Shown: one piece after another, positions 25,330 to 37,495 of the stretch
Numbering within the stretch: position 1 is the stretch's first letter
How the letters are laid out: the number at the start of each line of letters is the position of its first letter
NCBI RefSeq assembly: GCF_011745625.1
Contig: NW_027191474.1
Coordinates: forward strand, 124,001-188,000
Direction: 5' to 3'
From: Cladosporium halotolerans
Taxonomy: Eukaryota
Length of the DNA stretch: 64,000 nt
Program-made: the position numbers and the translations under genes
Notes under the pieces: generated by a model
What the model saw: only the letters and a program-made list of their open reading frames with translations
Told to the model about the DNA's origin: nothing
Databases searched by the model: none

Positions 25330-26313
25330 CTACTCGCCCTGCTCATCGCCAAACTTCTCCAACTTGCCCATCGCCTTCTTCTCACCCGTGTCACCCACAA
25401 GGCGCAGTCTGTCAATTCTTGTCTTCTCGCTCTCCTTGTCGTTGTCCACGACAAAAACGACCAAGCTAGAGATGTTCTGAAACTTAACGAACCGCAGCTC
25501 CACCTTCGCAGTCCCCGTCTTCTCATCCCAACTGTCCTCGCCAATCTCAATCGTCTGCGTCGCCGGCTCACCATCCGCCTCGTCGAAACCCAGCGTGTGC
25601 GATCGGTTCGTGTACAGCCTCAGCGTCTTCGGCCTGCCCACCTCCTCCTCGCCACCCTCCCCAGGCACCGACGTAACCTGCAGCGTGTGCAGCTTCATCG
25701 TGCTCTGGAACGGCACGAACAGCATCATCTGCTCGTCCGTGTCGCTCTCGATGTAATCCTTCTTTCCCGCCCCTCCCAACGCGCTCGGCTTACCACTCTC
25801 AAACACAACCCGCGCCCCGCCCGCCTCGCTGTCCAGGTTCAAAAAGTCCAGGTTCAACTGGTCCACCGCCTCCGTCACATCGCCATAACCCCTCGGCAAG
25901 CTCGCGCCCAACCACCCCGCGCCGCCCGCCTGCGCAGCACTCGCACTCGCGCTCGCCTCCGCCTCCGCGCCAGCACTGCTCGCCTCGGCCGCCAGCTCGC
26001 GCACCGCCTTATCCAGGGCTTTCAGGTCGGCGCCCTTGATGCGCTTCGCCTCGCGGCCGGATTTGAAGACCATGAAGGTCGGCATGGCAGAGATGTTGTA
26101 GGTCTGGGCGATCTGGCGCTGCTCGTCGACGTTGACTTTGGCGAAGGCGAGGACGCCCGGGCGCGTGAGCTGGGCGGCGAGGGCTTCGTAGGCGGGCGCG
26201 ATGGCGGCGCAGGGGCCGCACCAGTCGGCGTGGAAGTCGACGACGGCGATGCGCGTGCTGGAGAGGAGGGTGGTGAAGTGTTGGGGGGAGGTTATGGGGG
26301 TTGGTTTGGCCAT
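25330..26313 (-). CDS. txl1: Thioredoxin-like protein 1 (thioredoxin + PITH domain)
   Basis: DFHADWCGPC active site; PITH motifs ESDTDEQMMLFVPF and LRFVKFQNISSL; ATG at 26313. Confidence 0.92.
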   Translation of the reverse strand: MAKPTPITSPQHFTTLLSSTRIAVVDFHADWCGPCAAIAPAYEALAAQLTRPGVLAFAKVNVDEQRQIAQTYNISAMPTFMVFKSGREAKRIKGADLKALDKAVRELAAEASSAGAEAEASASASAAQAGGAGWLGASLPRGYGDVTEAVDQLNLDFLNLDSEAGGARVVFESGKPSALGGAGKKDYIESDTDEQMMLFVPFQSTMKLHTLQVTSVPGEGGEEEVGRPKTLRLYTNRSHTLGFDEADGEPATQTIEIGEDSWDEKTGTAKVELRFVKFQNISSLVVFVVDNDKESEKTRIDRLRLVGDTGEKKAMGKLEKFGDEQGE

Positions 26314-26720
26314 TTTGGTGGGTGTTGGTTGTGTCGGTTGGGTTTGTTTGTTGGTAGACTTGGATTTGAAATGTTCCGAGTTTGGTGTAGAGCCTTCCCG
26401 AGTCTCCTTGTCGTCTTCGCAGGCTGTAGGCAAGAATTGTTTGTCGTCAAAAGCGGTGTTGGACGTCAACCAGCCAGCGGGGCGAACGACGTCTCGTCAT
26501 CGCGAAACGTTTGCCCTGACGCGGGGCAGCAGCAGCAGCGGCAGCAGCTCGCTTGGCTGCCTGATGGCAGCTCCAGCACAGCAACACCTCCCGCCCGTCG
26601 GTCAGCCAGCGAAACCCATCGAAACAAACCACCTCACCTGCCACTCGCACGTCACATCACGATTACCTAATCACCCACCCTCACACACAGCAGCAGCAGC
26701 ATGCCCTCTCACTAAACCAC

Positions 26721-27005
26721 ATGCCCACCGCCGCCAACAAAACCGATCTCACAGGCCTAGCGCTCACCCGCACCGAACGCATCCTCGTCGTCGCCCTCAG
26801 CTACGTCTACGTCGCGCCCATCCTGCTCGCGCACGGCAAAGCGCTGCTCGATTTCTTCCGCGGGACGGCCGCCGAGGCTAGGAGGCAGATCGCTGACGAG
26901 GAGAGGGTCAGGAGAAGGCTGGAACGGCGCGAGCGCGCGCAGAGGATTGTCAGAGAGGATTGGGAGAGGAGGGTTGGGGCCGGGGACGTGCTGCCGGACG
27001 TTTAG
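26721..27005 (+). CDS. Small 94-aa protein with one hydrophobic segment and an R/E-rich helix; unknown function
   Basis: ATG in CAC-ATG context; codon usage like the neighbouring core genes; ILVVALSYVYVAPILLA hydrophobic stretch. Confidence 0.6.
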   Translation: MPTAANKTDLTGLALTRTERILVVALSYVYVAPILLAHGKALLDFFRGTAAEARRQIADEERVRRRLERRERAQRIVREDWERRVGAGDVLPDV

Positions 27006-27067
27006 GAGCAAAGAATTGGAAAAGGGAGAGGATACCAAGCAAGCAAGGAAAGGAACGAAAAGGAAAG

Positions 27068-28642
27068 ATGTCCGCCTCAGTCTTCGTCATCGACGCCGCG
27101 CTCAAGCGGACCGTCGTCAAAGTGACGCCCGGCAAGGTGCTGAGCGAAGTGCTGGAAGAGGCCTGCCGGGCCAAGAAGCTCAATCCGGACGAGTACACGC
27201 TCAAGACGCAGAACAACAAGCCCGTCGATCTCTCGCAGCCGTTTCGGCTCTCTGGCCTGACGGCCGGCGCGAAGCTGCAGTTGACGCAGGCGAGTCGGTC
27301 TACGGGCGTGGTTTCTGTCGCGCTGCAGCTGCCTGAGAGTGAGGGAGGGGGAAGGTTTACGGATAAGTTCCCGAGTAATACGTCGCTGTGGCAGGTGCTT
27401 AGGAAGTTCGAGGAGGGCGTGGCGGGACAGGCGCAGAGGAAGCTGAATTTGACGCAGCGTGGTGTCCCGTCGGACAGTTCTGGCGCAGGACGACTGCTGT
27501 ACGAGCAGCCTTCGCTGAACCTGATGAGCAGGAGTGTGGAGAGTTTTACAGATTTGCAGAAGACGCTGGCGCAGCTGGGGATGAACGGCGGCAGCATTCT
27601 CATGAGGCTGAGCTTCAAGAATAGCGGACAGCCGTTGGAGGAGGCCATGACAGATATTTCTGGATACTTCAAGTCGGTGGAGACTGGTTCTGCTGGTGGT
27701 GGTGCGAGCGAGACAAAGGAGGCACACGGAGCTCACGCTGCTGGAGATGGATCGTCGTCGAGCGCGCTGAATGCTGCCGCGGACAATGCAGGTGCTCCAT
27801 TGGAAGGTGAAGCTGGCCCGGAGCCGAACGATGAGGACGTGGAGATGACACCTGCACCTCCCGTGGCGCCTGTGGTTGAGGACGACGTGATAGCATCCTC
27901 ATCAGAGACGAACACGCAACCGCTGGCAGCACCACCAACACCACAGCAAAACATGTACAACGGAGTCTCGGTCTACCGCGCACCCTCCAACAGCACCCCA
28001 GCCGCCGCGCTCGAAGAAGACGACCCATCCACCTTCGAGCCCAGCATCGCCCACGCAAAGGCCCACCAAGCAGCGCTCGAGCGCTCCGGGCGCAACACGC
28101 GCCTCCTCTCGGACAAAGAGCTCGAAGAGCAGGAAGCGCAACGCCAGGCCGCGCTCGCGACAGTGCAGACCGTGACCGTCCGCGTCCGCTACCCGGACCA
28201 GAGCATGATCGAGACGACGATGCACGCGTCGGAGAACAGCGCAGACCTCTACCAGAAAGTGCGCGACACGCTCACGCACGCGACGGAGCCCTTTGAGCTG
28301 AGGTTCATTGGCAACAAAGGCAACCAGAGCCTACCGGACGACGTGGGCAAACGTCTCGTGCGCGACTTTGGTTTCAGAGGGAAGGTGCTCGTCACGTTCG
28401 CCTGGCTGCCGGAGGCGTCTTTGCAGGCTCGGCAGGCGCCCGCTCTGAAGGACGAGTATCGCAGCCACGCGCAGGACCTCAATGTAGACCTGTCTGCTTT
28501 CCGCGCGAAGACGGAGGACGGTGGCAGCTCATCGACTGCGGCGCAGAAGCCTGAGGCAGCGAAGAAGGAGGGCAGTGGGAAGGGCAGAGGAGGCGACGTG
28601 GAGGCGAAGATGAAGAAGTTCTTGGGTTTCGGGAGGAAGTGA
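27068..28642 (+). CDS. UBX4: TUG/ASPSCR1-like UBX-domain Cdc48 cofactor
   Basis: N-terminal ubiquitin-like domain (VKVTPGKVLSEVLEEAC...VDLSQPFRLSGL) and UBX domain (VRVRYPDQ); ATG at 27068. Confidence 0.88.
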   Translation: MSASVFVIDAALKRTVVKVTPGKVLSEVLEEACRAKKLNPDEYTLKTQNNKPVDLSQPFRLSGLTAGAKLQLTQASRSTGVVSVALQLPESEGGGRFTDKFPSNTSLWQVLRKFEEGVAGQAQRKLNLTQRGVPSDSSGAGRLLYEQPSLNLMSRSVESFTDLQKTLAQLGMNGGSILMRLSFKNSGQPLEEAMTDISGYFKSVETGSAGGGASETKEAHGAHAAGDGSSSSALNAAADNAGAPLEGEAGPEPNDEDVEMTPAPPVAPVVEDDVIASSSETNTQPLAAPPTPQQNMYNGVSVYRAPSNSTPAAALEEDDPSTFEPSIAHAKAHQAALERSGRNTRLLSDKELEEQEAQRQAALATVQTVTVRVRYPDQSMIETTMHASENSADLYQKVRDTLTHATEPFELRFIGNKGNQSLPDDVGKRLVRDFGFRGKVLVTFAWLPEASLQARQAPALKDEYRSHAQDLNVDLSAFRAKTEDGGSSSTAAQKPEAAKKEGSGKGRGGDVEAKMKKFLGFGRK

Positions 28643-29587
28643 GGTGGATTTACTGACGGTAGACCTTCTGGCACCGCACGGCGTTAACGGACATACGAAC
28701 TTTTGTGAGCGTTTCGAATCGGGCATGGGCAGGCGAGAGGGACGCCGGCGGCATTCAAGCATACAATTGATGATGAGAATAATACAAGCTCTCACTAAGG
28801 TATTTGACGGGCCGCCCGCTACTGAAGTGCAACGCAGACACTATCGACTCGTGACTCGCGCGGTGAGGATTAATTAAGTATTTGGCCGAAATTTGCTTGT
28901 CTGCCCCGGGTTGCGCGTACCGCAATCTCGAAGGCGCGCCGATCTGCAGGTAGCGGCGGGTGGAGGCGGCGCCACTCAGCCAGCAAACGCCTGTGCCTGA
29001 AGAGCCGCAGTCTGCGCATGCGTCAGCATCACCTGTTCGTCTATCGTTTGCGTGTACTGTATCTTTCGGCACTTCCTATAGCCGGTGCACAACGATGCAC
29101 AGCGATACCCGGCGCGTGGCTGTACAGCAGGTACATCAACAGCGGTACCTCACTAAACGCAGCGCAGCTCTCGTAATCCACTTGACCCGTCCACTCCCGC
29201 GCGCCAACTCAATCCGACTTTCTCAGACGGTGACGTAGCCGTCGCTCAGCAAAATTGCCCATGACGCCGTCCCTTCGATGGCGATGCGACGACGCTACCA
29301 CCAGATCTGCCCGCCCCGACTCCCCCAGACGTCGACAGACCTGACCTCCAACCTCACCTGGTGCCGACCACAGCCATCCTCGCCGCCTGCCCAGCTCCAG
29401 GCTGTGTCTGCTCGTCGTCGTCGCTGCACCGCCGCAGTGAGAATACGTCAACTCCCTATCTCCGGCAACCTCTCGCGCCGGCTCCGCGGATTTGCGACTC
29501 CACGTGCGAATAAATAAACAGGCTTGAAAGCCCACCGCCAGCGCGACTGTTTCGCGACGACGCGCAACGCATCGCATCGTAGCAATC

Positions 29588-30579
29588 ATGTACGGCCTTT
29601 CATACTGGTTCATCCTGCTCTTCGCGGGATGCGTGTGGCTCGGTATGTCGTGTCGCCTCGCGTTCGAGTTCAAGCATCACCTCTAACAATTTCACCACAC
29701 AGGCACCCTTCTCGCAATGCTAGGCGTCTGGGTCGCGCAAGGCTCGCCCGGATACCCATGGGACAACCCAGGCCAGCGCATCATGTTCATCTCGACCATC
29801 GGCGCGACGGGCTGGGGCAAGCCGCTGTTCATCGCCGGCAGCGCCGTCATGGTCGTCTGTTTCAACATCGCCTTCTGCGCCGAGCGCTGGCTGCGCCACA
29901 AGGGCCGCCTCGTCATGAACTACAGCAACTGGGAGAAGTTCCTGTCCGCTGCTGCCATCTTCTTCGCCATCATCGGCGGTTTCGGCTTGATCTTCTTGAC
30001 TATCTTCGACACTCGCCGTTATCCTAGCGTTCACCAGGCCATGCTCGCAGTCTTCATGTAAGCCTGTCTGAAATCTTCCTCACCCCTCTCACAAATCACT
30101 GACACTTCTCTCGCAGCGCCGGCTACGTCATCTCCGCCATCTTCATCTGCGCCGAATACCAACGCCTCGGCATCAAAGCGCGCGAGCACCGCGTCCTACG
30201 CGCCTCCTTCTGGATCAAACTGACCTTCATCCTCGTCGAAGCGGCCCTCGCGATCGCCTTCGGCGTAACCCAGTACGTCGACCGCATCAACCCGGCCGCC
30301 ATCCTCGAATGGGTCATCAGCCTGATCTACATCTTCTACGTCTGGAGCTTCATCATCGACTTCCTGCCCGCGGTGCGCACGCGCAACAAGCAGGACCGCT
30401 TCGGCCCGCCCGTGCGCGCCGCCGACGACGAGATGGCCATGAACACCCAGGCCGGCGGCAACTTGATGGGTGGCCCGGTCTATACGGCTGGTGGGCACTA
30501 CGGGGATGCGTCGAGCAACGGGAGCAGTTTGCCCATGCAGGAGCCGCCGAGGAATGTGCCGGCTTCGAGGAATTTCTGA
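29588..30579 (+). CDS. SFK1: Sfk1 / Frag1-DRAM family membrane protein, 3 exons
   Basis: Introns 29643-29702 and 30058-30116; motifs FISTIGA, KPLFIAG, LTIFDTRRYPSVH, CAEYQRLG, AAILEWVI. Confidence 0.88.
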
Positions 30580-32386
30580 AGGGAGTTCGGATCGTGAAAG
30601 AGGAGGGAATTGGTTAGAGTGTTTGGGAAAAAGTCTTAAGGGGGGGCGGATTTTCCTTTTTTTTCCTTCTGTTATGAAATATAATCTTGCATAGAAGCCG
30701 AAGAGGATAAAAGAGGGAGAGGTGTGAAGAGAGAGAGAGCCTAGGACCAGGCTAGGTGTACATATCGGTCGGTCGGTGGAACGTTTGGTCGGTCGGTCGG
30801 CTGCTGCTGTTGTGATGATGATACCAATTTGCTGGGATTTTGGTTTGCGATACTTTTTCTCTTTTTGTTACACTATACATGCATATACACATCAACGTCA
30901 GTTACACTAATTACTTATTCTTGGAGACGCACGGTTGGATTTTTCCGATGAAGCGTGATGAGGAGACTGGTCGATTCGTTTTTGTCGATGTTCTCAGGCG
31001 GGAAGGGAGTGGGAGATGGTGGGGTGGTCGATGTTGAGGATGAGGGGTGGGAGAGAAGGGGAAGTAGGATTCTAGGATATGCCGGGTCAGGGATGTTGGG
31101 AAAGCGGGTATGATGTTCTACTGGTGTGGGAAGTGCAGATGAGAGGAGGAGAATAAGAAGATGTAATGGTGATAACGAGAAGGTAAGGACGTGAGGACAT
31201 GTGAGGACTGGTCAAGACGTGAAGACAGGGTGAGAACGTGAGCATGAAGATATTCATGCTTCCTTCCCAACGTTGAAGACTCACCTCTCTCGGATCTCAT
31301 CACGACCTCATCGCGACATGGGATAGTTGAGACGCCCTCTCTCTAGACCAAAGATGGATCCTTACTCAAAAAACGGTTGTCGCACGCTGGTGACCTGGAC
31401 GGAAGCCAAGGTGCGGAGGCTGTCCGACTTCGCGTGAGAATCACAAACACTTTGCAAAAAATGCACATCACTCGCAGCATCTTTTCTCTCCATCAAGCAG
31501 GATATGTGGGACGCAAAATCAATATAAGAATCGGAAAATCTGTACCATGGGTATCGCCACGAATCTCGACGAATCTCATCGCTTGCCTGCTAGCAGGAGC
31601 AATGGCCAGGGGCAGTGGCCGGGCGCCGTGTCACGTACAATACTCTGCATTATAGTCTCGAAAGGATACTCAATGGCTCGGCTGCCCTGGAACGGGAACA
31701 GATGATTCGAACATGGGATAGTTCTGACCTCTCTCCGTGCGCAGAGTGCCCAGCGTCACGCCTTAGCCACATGTAAGGTTTCGACCTCATTGCAGATGTT
31801 CAGTATAGTAAATGGGGTGTGTGTGAGGACAGGAGCCGTTTCGACACTTGGAGTCGAAAATCTCTCTTCTGCGCGAAATCCAACGAGACCAAATTAGGTA
31901 CTCCCTACTGACATACAACCATGACCGGATGAACCAGCAGCAAGCTAGCCTTTCAGACCCCTGCAAGCTAGAATCTTGGCCTGATAACCTTCTTTGCCTG
32001 GAAAAGCTTCGCCATGTGATGTCCCTGCTGGCATTTAGCGGCTCTTCTTCATATGCGCAGGCTCCACGAACAGACGAACGGTCTGCCACATATAAGAAGA
32101 CGAAGGCGGCCAATCGGCGATTGCCAAGGGATTCCCTTATTCATGCTGGTTCATGGAACTGCAGACCCGCCAGAGACGAGACATCACCTTCCAGGCCAGC
32201 GTTGACAGGTATACATACTCACCGACAGCTGCAGCCAAGCACTGGCAAGCATGCCCAAAAATGCATCATTTTTCTTCAAAGTTGTATCGAGGAAGCACGA
32301 CTTTGAAACACCATGGAAGCAATGGCTCACACTTGGGCAGCGGTCAAACACTCCCTTAACGGGCAGCGGTTGTCCAAAAAGCAAAA

Positions 32387-32505
32387 ACATACAACAGGCG
32401 GGATTCCCAGATGGTCACCCACTCTAGTACTAGTCGCCCGGTTCAGTGCTTATGTATGGCAGAGCGGACGGGATGCCCAGTTTTCACTGACCTGTGGTCG
32501 TATGT
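32387..32505 (-). rRNA. 5S rRNA gene, copy 1
   Basis: Reverse complement ACATACGACCACAGG...CATCCCGTCCGCTCTGCC...GGGAATCCCGCCTGTTGTATGT, 119 nt, followed by T-runs (Pol III terminator). Confidence 0.96.
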
Positions 32506-32958
32506 GTTAGACTTAATTGATCTATTGGATATGGAGTATGACTAATTTAGGAAAGCAGCTCTCGATAAGATCGTCCACCGGCTGGGAACAACGCAGACTC
32601 GCCAGGACGAACGAAAATCATTGCATGTGAGTTCGCAGCTCAGTTTTTAGCCTGAGTTCCGATCTTCGTTCCTGAGCTTGCTCATTACGTGAGTGGGCGC
32701 GGACTCGAAATCGACATCAGCTTCACGGGTCGGACAAAATCCCCGCACGGAGAATAAATTCCCCATGGGAGTGGAATGTTAGTGTATTGTGGAGCATTAC
32801 CCGTCTGCGCGTCCAAGATTGACGCACATGCTTCCCTGGTTCAATTGCCGAAGGCTTGTTCAGAACTCTAATGCAACCCATATATGATATATGGTGCTCA
32901 GGACACACCTGTGGCCGACAGGCACATTCACCATTAGTACGAAACTTATGCAGCCACG

Positions 32959-34399
32959 ATGTTGAAGACTCTGATATTAGGGCTTCTTCAAGCCACCGGC
33001 ACCTTCGCCACCTGGTCTGCCTACGAGGAGTACATGCAGAGCCACAGCATGAAAGCTCATTCGCATGAGAGCAACAGACCATCCCTGGTGTACTCACCGC
33101 ACCGTCCATACAAGAAGATGCATGACTCGCCAAGACGTCACAAGAAATGCGTTGTCAAAAGTCACAACGATTTCAAAACAGATGACTCTTCGTATGTCTT
33201 ACATGCCGTGGAGAAGTGTAACGATGGTGGGCATGTCGTCTTCCCCGAAGGGACGACGTATGTCATTGGCACTGCTTTGGATCTGACTGGATTGAAACAC
33301 ATCGACATTGGTATGTCACTATCCTTGCGACTGATGGGTTGAGCTTTATCGATGCAAAGGAAAGCAATGCTTTACTGACACACCATATTTTCAGACATCC
33401 AAGGTTATGTTCAGTTCTCGAATGACACGGACTACTGGCAAGCCAACGCCTTCAACCAGACATTCCAAAACGCTACCACCTTTTTCCAACTTGGAGGTAC
33501 AGATGTGAATGTTTACGGTGGCGGCATGCTCGATGGCAATGGTCAAGCATGGTACGATCTCTACGCTAAGGACATCTACATCCTCCGGCCTATTCTCTTT
33601 GGCGTCACTGGCATCCGACAGGGTTCGGTCTCAGACCTAGTGTTCCGTTATTCGCCTCAGTATTACAATTGGGTTGCCGACAGCGAGAGCGTGACATTCG
33701 ACAACATTGACATATCCGGCGGCAGTCAAAGTAACAATCCGGCGAAGAACACCGATGGCTGGGATACCTACCGCAGTACCAACATCGTTATTCAAAACAG
33801 CATGATCAACAACGGCGACGACTGCGTCAGCTTCAAGCCTAACAGCACTGAGGTGGTTGTCCAGAACTTACACTGCAATGGAAGCCATGGCATTAGCGTC
33901 GGGTCGCTTGGCCAATACGCAGGCGAGACCGACATCGTCGAGAACGTCTTCGTTGCCAATATCACAATGGAAAACGCGTCTGATGGTGCACGCATCAAAG
34001 TGTGGCCTGGGGCGCCTGCTGCTCTCTCTGGCGACCTCCAGGGTGGTGGAGGTGCCGGTCGCGTCAACAACATCACCTACGACGGCATGTTTGTCAAGAA
34101 CGTCGACTACGCCGTGGAGATCACTCAGTGCTACGGGCAGAAAAAATCTCACGCTCTGCAATCAATTCCCGTCGAATCTCACAATCAGCAATATCAAGAT
34201 GACCAACTTCCACGGCAGTACCAGCGACAAATACTCGCCATACTCTGGATACGTCGTCTGCTCGAGTCCGACTGTTTGCAAAAACATCACTCTTGACGGT
34301 GTCAATGTCGTATCACCGGCTGGTGCAACGAACATGTTCAAGTGTGGTAACGTTGACACAGCATTGTTACATAACATCAACTGCACTTCTGTCACCTGA
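32959..34399 (+). CDS. pgaX: GH28 exo-polygalacturonase (PgaX-like), secreted; apparent +1 frameshift at 34141-34146
   Basis: Signal peptide; intron 33311-33394; catalytic motifs NTDG, GDDC, GSHG and RIK; the C-terminus continues in another frame ([16 protein letters not shown]). Confidence 0.9.
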
Positions 34400-34823
34400 A
34401 AAGGCACCATCAGCTCAAGGCCGTTGACAAAACCATATGTGGAGGGTCATTGCGGACACATTCGGAAGTGTCACAGGCTCCCTGGATGGAGATTACGCAG
34501 TATCAGATAATTGAGTATACGACGAAACGTAGCAAAAAGTCTTGATCCAACTGAACCAAAGTTCTCGTTATCAAATACTTGAGACATTCAGTTGCTATAC
34601 GCGCACTACATGATCAGGCACCGACGTTCGTAGGCCCAAGATTGATTGAGATCGAGCAGTTGGGGTTGAGCTAACAGCTTGTCCCTTCAAGCCGTACCTC
34701 TAAGGATTCCGCGCGAGTGAGGTACGATGACCGCAGTAGCCACAGCAAGCATTTCAATTCTCACCCGCATCTAACATTTTAGATTGGAGTCCGTGAGCTT
34801 GTCAAGATTGCTCGCCGTGATTC

Positions 34824-34871
34824 ATTGGTGGATCAAGCCCAGCTTATCAGACCCCGTGGGGTCCCGTGGGG
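34824..34871. promoter_or_regulatory. Putative galacturonate-response element plus two CreA-type sites
   Basis: ATTGGTGGA (reverse complement TCCACCAAT) at 34824-34832; GTGGGG (SYGGRG) at 34856 and 34866. Confidence 0.5.
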
Positions 34872-35468
34872 AAGCATTCGAGTGATCCCGAAAATCTAAT
34901 CCGGATTGGCGTGGCCACGGCTATCGATTCACGGCGCTTGTTGTTCCGCGAAACACGTTACTGGCCGAGTGGGATTCAGCAGACACCCAGCTTGATGTAC
35001 TGATCGGATAGAGAGCTTTATTTGACTGACCGACACCATGCGGAATAGGATGTCGACCATATTACAGCATAGTCAAAGACGACGTTGGCGCCATGGCGAG
35101 GCTTGACTCTTGGTCCAGATTTGCGAGGCTTGTTTGCGAGGCTTGACTCCTGTTTGCAGCACATGAAGCTTTACCACCCAGGCTTAGCCTTGAGGAACAA
35201 GATCTGGGGCTGAAGCTTAGCTGCAAGCTCACTGGTGGAAATGATACATGACACGCCTGCGAACAGCCTATTGATGGACGGCCTTGTAGGTGGTGCGGCA
35301 CGTGCTGATGCGGTATATACAACGACCCACAGCTCTTCTTGAGACCTGGGGAGACTCCACGCAAGAGATCAGCACACGATCTGAACTGTAACAAACCAGG
35401 ATATCTCCGAAGGTCGATCACCTCTTCTGTCATCGACAAAACGTCCGTACGGCAGGGCACTCGACATC

Positions 35469-37225
35469 ATGCCTAACAAATTTGGGATGTCGCCAACTCG
35501 GGCATACAACTGGTAAGATTCACCCATCGGCCTGACTTCTGCCTGTGCCTAAGAAAGTGTACAGGTACATCTCCCTGGTTGCTGCCTCTTGTATGGTTCT
35601 GTACGGCTACGATGCTTCCGTATACAATGCCGTCCAAGGATCGAAACACTGGGTGAAGTGGTTCAATGATCCCGATGACAATATGATTGGCCTCATCAAC
35701 ACGGTTTACACGGTTGGTGCTATCATCTCGGGATTTTTCTTCGGCGGTCCAGTGGCCGATTATCTTGGTCGTCGCGCTGGTATGGGCATCGGCGCCATCC
35801 TTGTTATCATTTCGACCTTGCTGCAGACCTTCGCGCCAAAGGGCAACCTCGGCATGTTCATGGCGGGCAGAATCATCATTGGTGTCGGTCAAGGCTTGGC
35901 TTTGAGTGAGTTGCCATCAAGAAGATCGAGCAGTGCCCAAAAAGTGACTAACAGTCGATATAGCCGCAGGATCTATTTATATCGGAGAGCTAGCCCCACA
36001 AGAGATTCGTGGAAAGATCATGTCTCTATGGCAAACTTTCTACAGTGTAGGCTCATTCATTTGCTGTAAGTATAAGGGACATATCGAAGCCACCGCGATG
36101 GACGCTAACAGACCCCAGTCTGGGTGAATTATGGTTGCCAGAAGAACATTGCTTCGAGTGGCAGCCTCGGTCAATGGGATTGGAAGATGGTCGTCATCTT
36201 CCAGTTGCTTGTGCCTATACTCATCGTTGCGCAGACACCATTCATCCCCGAATCCCCGCGGTGGTATGTCAAGAAGGGAAAGACCGAGAGTGCTCGCAGC
36301 TCTCTTTCCCGCGTCCGAGACACAGAGGAAGAGATTGAAAATGAACTTCTCATGATCCGCGAGGCGATCGAGTTCGAGAAGGAAGCCATATCTTCGACCT
36401 ACTCCGCTCTATGGAAGGATAAGTCCGTGCGCAAGCGTCTTGGTCTGGCGCTTATCATCAACGCTGGCCAACAGATTACCGGTCAAGGCTCCCTCAACAG
36501 CTACTCCACTAAGATCTACCAGAAAGTCTTCAAAAGCGCCTCTACTATCGCATTGATCAACGCCGTCAATGCGACTTTCGGAATCTTATTCACGCTCAAT
36601 GCCACTTGGACTGTTGACCGTTTCGGCCGTCGCTTCCTCTTCATCGTTGGTGGCATCGGCATGGCGGCATGCATGCTGATCGTCGCGACAGTAGAGACGC
36701 AGACTCCGACTCTTCCTGGAGGCGCCAAATCGCATCCCGTGGCCATCTCGATCGTGTTCCTACTCTTCCTCTTCATCTTCTTCTACAAGCCCTCTTGGGG
36801 CGCTACCGTTTGGATCTGGACCTCGGAGGTGTTTTCCATGAACATCCGTGCTCAAGCGGTCGGCATGTCTTCGCAGACGCAGAACATCGCCAATCTGATT
36901 GTGAACCAATTCTTCCCGACCTTCCTAACCGTAAGACCAATTCTCGACCGTAACAGACTGCGGAAACTAATTCGCCTCGCAGAACTGCGGCTTCTATGCC
37001 TTCTACATGTTCGCCGGTATCAACGTTTTGCTCGCGGTCTTCGTCTACTTCTTCATCCCAGAGACCAAGGGCGTCATGTTGGAAGAAATGGACGCCAAGT
37101 TCGGTGGTGTCAACCACGTAGACAAGGGTGGCGATCTCTTGGGCGTTGAAGACGCACACCACGCGGATGCTGCAAAGGCTTCCGAGAAATCACACGTGGA
37201 GCATGTTCAGGAGGTTAGATCATAG
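35469..37225 (+). CDS. MFS sugar porter (lactose/oligosaccharide permease-like), 5 exons
   Basis: Motifs LYGYD, DYLGRR, PESPRW, QQITGQ, DRFGRR and PETKG; four GT-AG introns restore a continuous frame. Confidence 0.92.
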
Positions 37226-37495
37226 GGACCTGTATAGTGAGCAATCCAAATGCCTTATTGCTATGCAACGTCGTTCAGCTTTTGGGTTTGTATTCTTTTC
37301 GGATTCTGTGCTGTCACGCCTGCTCTACTTTCCAGCCGCAGTCGATTGTACTGGTCACCGAAAGACGAAAGACATTCCACAGTCTGAACTCCCTCCGCAC
37401 AAGTTTGTCACAGGCCCAGACTGCGAACAATCTGTATCGCCCATTGTCAATTCGGTCGCTTTTGACCTTGATCGGGGAAATTGGGGAATTGACCT

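Noticed and set aside
25258..26670. 470-aa plus-strand ORF
   Set aside because: Antisense shadow of txl1.
32313..32510. Short ORFs sharing HTTGGIPRWSPTLVLVARF (also at 41820-42005)
   Set aside because: They are translations of the antisense strand of the 5S rRNA genes.
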